64,000 nucleotides of DNA. It comes from Gekko japonicus (Eukaryota). The position numbers and the translations under genes are program-made. The notes under the pieces were generated by a model. The model worked only from the letters and a program-made list of their open reading frames with translations. It was not told the origin of the DNA and made no database searches. Positions within the stretch are counted from its first letter, which is position 1. Every line of letters begins with the position of its first letter. Positions 60,036 through 64,000 of the stretch are shown one piece after another. The stretch covers positions 238,111-302,110 of the forward strand of contig NW_015163136.1 in NCBI RefSeq assembly GCF_001447785.1. Reading direction: 5' to 3'.

Positions 60036-63000
60036 ATGGCTCAGGTACCGACTGCCCAGTGGGTGGAAAAGCTCACGTCAACTAACTATGATATGTGGGA
60101 GCTTCGCATGAGACATTACTTAAAATATGAGGGTCTTTGGCTGTATGTGGAGAACCCTCCAGACCCAGTTCCTGCTGGGGATGTGCCAAAAGTAGAAAAG
60201 GCACTAGCAAACATTGAGGAATTTCACATTACCCAGTTTCACCTGGTTTCAAGCCGGTAATGATCCGTTTTAAAGTGAACCGGTACAGGGCTGCCATTTC
60301 ACACAGGGCTTTCCCCTTCCGGTAAAGAGCTGGATCTGAAGCAGTTTGCCATTTCAGACTGCACCACTTTTTCCCGCTTTCCCCCCGCTGTTTTTTGCCC
60401 GTGAGGGCGATCTCCAGCGTTTTTTAAATGTTCGCTTTAGAGCGCTATAGCAGTATAACAAAACACTCAATGCATTCCAATGGGATTGATATAATGCTAT
60501 TCCGTTATAGCGCTTCAGCGCTATAACGCTATAAAGCGAACGTTTTTTAAAAAAAGCCGGAGATCGCCCGCGCGTGCAAAAAATGGCGGGGAAAAAGTGT
60601 ATCGGAACCGGGAGAGGGAACTGAAGACTACTTGGAAGCGGTTGATAGGTAAAACACTTCAGTCCCAATTCCTAAATGGGACAGAAGCGTTTATGTATGA
60701 AATGGCAAATATATTCCAGAAGGGAACCGGTTCTCAAAGGGGTTCTGTCTGAAATGACAGACCAGAAACCGTTTGGGAACCGTTCCTCTTCCAGAATATA
60801 TCACCTGTCTGAAATTCCTCATTATTTTGTCTGTGGGAGATGACCAGCTAGTACATGTGGCCGCTGCCAAGACAGCAAAAGAGGCTTGGAACAGTCTGAA
60901 AACTATCTATGTCCAATGCATGGCAGGAACCTTGATTGCCTTGATGTGGCGGCTCTATCGAAAGATTCAAAAACTAGGTGGGCCGATAAGAGAACACGTA
61001 AACTCACTAACTGAATGCTTTCACCAACTAGAGCAAAGAGGAAAAACAGTGTCTGCTGAAGACCGAGTTTATATTGTACTTAGCACTTTATCTTCTGATT
61101 ACGACATGTTAATCACTTCTCTGGAGTCCATGCAGGCAGATAAGCTAAGCTTGGAGTATGTTGTTGGCTGGCTGCTGGAGCAAGAGGCCAACCATTCCAC
61201 AACAACCTGGCAGAGTTTCCGGACAGCGGAGACAGCTGGAGCCGGAATAAAGGCATGCTGTGGTGAAAGCTACAAGGCGTTGCGGGTGAGAAAGTGTTTC
61301 ATCTGTGGATCCACTACCCACCTAAAGAAGAATTGCCCAAAGCAGCAGAAAAAGATTGCATCAACTGAGCACTCTGACATGTTGTCGAGACGCAACAATG
61401 CATCTCTGGTGGTAGCAGAAGCAGCACAGAGCCAAGAGTCCTGGCTGCTGGATTCTGGAGTAAGCCACATTTTTTGCAGGGATGAGAGCGTGCTCAGTAA
61501 CAAGCAGCGAGCGCAGCAACAGCATGTGACTCTAGCTGATGGAAGGAGTGCAGATGTGACGTGTATTGGAGAAATAACTTTTCCAACTCTCAAACACATG
61601 TTCCAGAATGTCCTGTGTGTCCCTTCTCTGGAAGGCAATTTGTTGAGTGTTTTAGCCCTTGGCAGGGCAGATTTCGAGGTAACGTTTGTTAATGAATTGT
61701 GTAAAATTAAGCAAGCTGGGAGGGAGGTTGCTAAAGCAAAGTTGCACAATGGTGTTTATGTGCTCAACAACACTCCCGAAATAGCTATTGCCAGGGTGAC
61801 AGGCAATATAAACCCTCATGATGAATGTTTACACCTCCTACACAGGAGAATGGGGCATGTTAGTTTTTCCAGTCTTAACAAAACATTAGCACTTACCGGT
61901 AAAGAGGGAGTGAAAGAATGTGAAAACTATTTAGACTGTGACATATGTAAGCAGGTTAAGTCAAAAGCTTTTCCGGTTACAAAGAAAAGTGAAAGGATGA
62001 CTAAGGAACCTTTGGAGTTAGTACATGCTGATGTGATAGGTCCGTTCCCACAAAGCTTGTCTAATAACAAATATGCATTCATTTTCACTGATGATTGATC
62101 GAGATTTTCCTGGTGTTTCATTCTAAAAAACAAGTCAGATGTGTTCAATACTGTAAAAAATTGGTACAAGAGAGTTAGGAACCAAATAGGTGTGCTGAAA
62201 GCGTTACAAACGGATATGGGAGGCGAATTTATGTCTTTGCAATTCAAAAACTATACAGACAGAATACAGACAGTAATGTATTCAATGCTAGCAGATGCAG
62301 GATCGGAAATACGATACTGGGCAGAAGACATGAAAGCAGCATGTTATGTGGTAAACAGAGTGTGGACAAGGGCTATAGACAATATTCCTTATGCAGTTTT
62401 GTATGGGAAAGCACCCAAACTGAGTCATTTAAGAGTATTTGGGTCTAACGCCTGGGTAAATGTGCCATTGAACCAAAGGAGGAAGGGAGGGAAACGCTCC
62501 AAGAAGTTGCTATTTTTAGGCTATCAGACAGGCATGAAAGCCTACAGGTTTACGAATGAACAAAGCAATGTGAGTTTTAGCAGGTCAGCAAATTTTTGTG
62601 AGAGTCAAAACTGGCACAGAGTGCACACTAATCAAATGTCTGCTCAAGCAGTTTTACCGCTGACAAATGAAGCTGAAAGTGAAACTGTTGAAATTGAACC
62701 TCCACAACCTGTTCATTCTGATTAAGTAAAAAGTGAACAGAGTACCCCTAGAAGGTCTACTAGGAGTAACAAAGGTATACCACCACAACGGTATGGATAT
62801 GATGCAAATGTTGTGAACCATGTATATGTGAGGGAACCAGTAAATTACCAAGAGGTAGTTGAAATGTCTTCTCTTGAACAAAACCATGGTTGAAAGCTAT
62901 GAAAGTGGAATATGAGTCTCTGTGTGAGAACAATGTATTTACTTTGTCTGAGTTGCCAGAAGGCGGCTTTACAAACTAAAAATGTTGCAAAATGGTGAAC

Positions 63001-64000
63001 CACAAAGAAAAGCCAGGTTAGTGTCCAAACGGTACCTACAGCAGAAAGGTGCGGATTATGATGATTTTTTTTCACCTACCGTAAGGTCAAGCACTCTAAA
63101 TATAGCTTTAACAAAAGCTGGTTTGCAGGGAATGCAAGTACATCATTTTGATTTTGCAACAGCCTATCTGAATGCACAAATTGATGAGGAATTATACATG
63201 CAGCAAATACCTGGATTTGAGCATGAAAACAAAAATCTTGAGTTGAAAATTAAGAAAGCATTGTATGGTTTGAAATAGAGCAGACGTCTCTGGAATCAGT
63301 GTTTAACAAACAAACTGAAAAGTTTAGGGTTTGAACAGAGCATAGCCGATCCTTGTCTGTTTAGCGAAGTGATTGGGGCAAGCAAATGCTATCTTCTAAT
63401 TTTTGTTGATGATCTGTGTTTTATTTTTGACAAAAATGAACAGGTAAACTGGTTTATGAAAACAACACAACAATCTTTCAAAATTAAGCATCTTCGTGAT
63501 ATAAAACATTATCTAGGTATGGATGTGAGTGAAAACAGTGATGGTTTCTATGAACTGAGTCAAAAGGATAAAATTGTGAAATTGTTAAAGAAATATAACA
63601 TGACTGAGGCACACTCAGTGGAAACTCCTATGACTACTGGATATTTAAGAGAACCTGATGGTAAAAGTTTTGAGAATGTAAAATATGTATCAATCATTAG
63701 TAGGTTCATTATTGTATCTAGCGATCTGTTCTCGTCCAGACATATTTTATGCTGTCCATATGCTAAGTCAGAAAAATGCATGTTCTTATGTTAGAGACTG
63801 GAATGCAGCTAAACGAATCCTGAGATACTTAAAAGGTACTATTGAGAGCAAATTAGTACTGAAAGCAGATAACTCTCAACAAGTGATTGCCTACAGTGAC
63901 ACAAACTGGGTGATAAAGAGAGTGGAAAATCCACTACAGGGTATGTTGTATTTGTTTATGGGTTGCTTGTAATGTGGAAGTCAGCAAAACAATGTTTTGT
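60036..64000 (+). pseudogene. Copia gag-pol polyprotein (MITE insertion, stops, frameshifts, deletions)
   Basis: KLTSTNYDMW..GLW; AKEAWNSL; zinc knuckle CFICGSTTHLKKNC; protease WLLDSGVSH; LHRRMGH/CDIC; LELVHADVIGP, TDD*SRF, TDMGGEF; RT DFATAYLNA, KALYGLK, IFVDDL; RNase H start YSDTNW. Confidence 0.93.
60216..60820. mobile_element. PIF/Harbinger-like MITE with an internal palindrome, inserted in Copia gag
   Basis: TIR GAGGAATTTCA...TGAAATTCCTC; 3-bp TSD ATT; removal restores ..KALANIILSVGDDQL; inverted arms ~60385-60451 and ~60520-60592. Confidence 0.8.

Larger units (their letters stand above)
59451..64000 (+). mobile_element. Ty1/Copia LTR retrotransposon, degenerate, continues beyond the window
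   Basis: 5' LTR, PBS and gag-PR-IN-RT-RH order, with integrase before RT. Confidence 0.95.

Overview
Repeat-rich vertebrate genomic DNA, most likely squamate and probably gecko. This is inferred from Sauria SINEs, Squam3-like tRNA SINEs and abundant TAGGGTTGCC-ended MITEs. There are four assembly gaps (4448-4655, 33531-33750, 52455-52877, 54458-54595). I recognise no host protein-coding gene, rRNA, tRNA or CRISPR array. Contents: the 5' end of an L2-type LINE ORF (1-415, -); two degenerate tyrosine-recombinase (Ngaro/DIRS-order) retrotransposons carrying an SGNH hydrolase ORF (~700-5874 +, 36092-41077 -); a 5'-inverted L1 insertion inside the first; a Ty1/Copia provirus running off the right end (59451-64000); four solo LTRs with 5-bp TSDs; and many SINEs, CR1/L2/Penelope remnants and hAT/Harbinger-like MITEs, often nested. 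The strongest candidate for an undescribed system is a complete 1.8-kb L1-clade retroelement (47169-48974, -). It has an uninterrupted 312-aa ORF1, no ORF2 and a perfect 17-bp TSD (HAL1-like architecture). Its 3' end (polyA signal, GC hairpin, A tail) resembles the 3' end of the ORF2-bearing L1 fragment at 4418-4447, which suggests a non-autonomous/autonomous pair using a structured 3' end. The two YR elements also share a structure-conserved hairpin after the SGNH stop and GGGCAAA 3' ends. All family assignments come from motif reading by eye; no database search was run.
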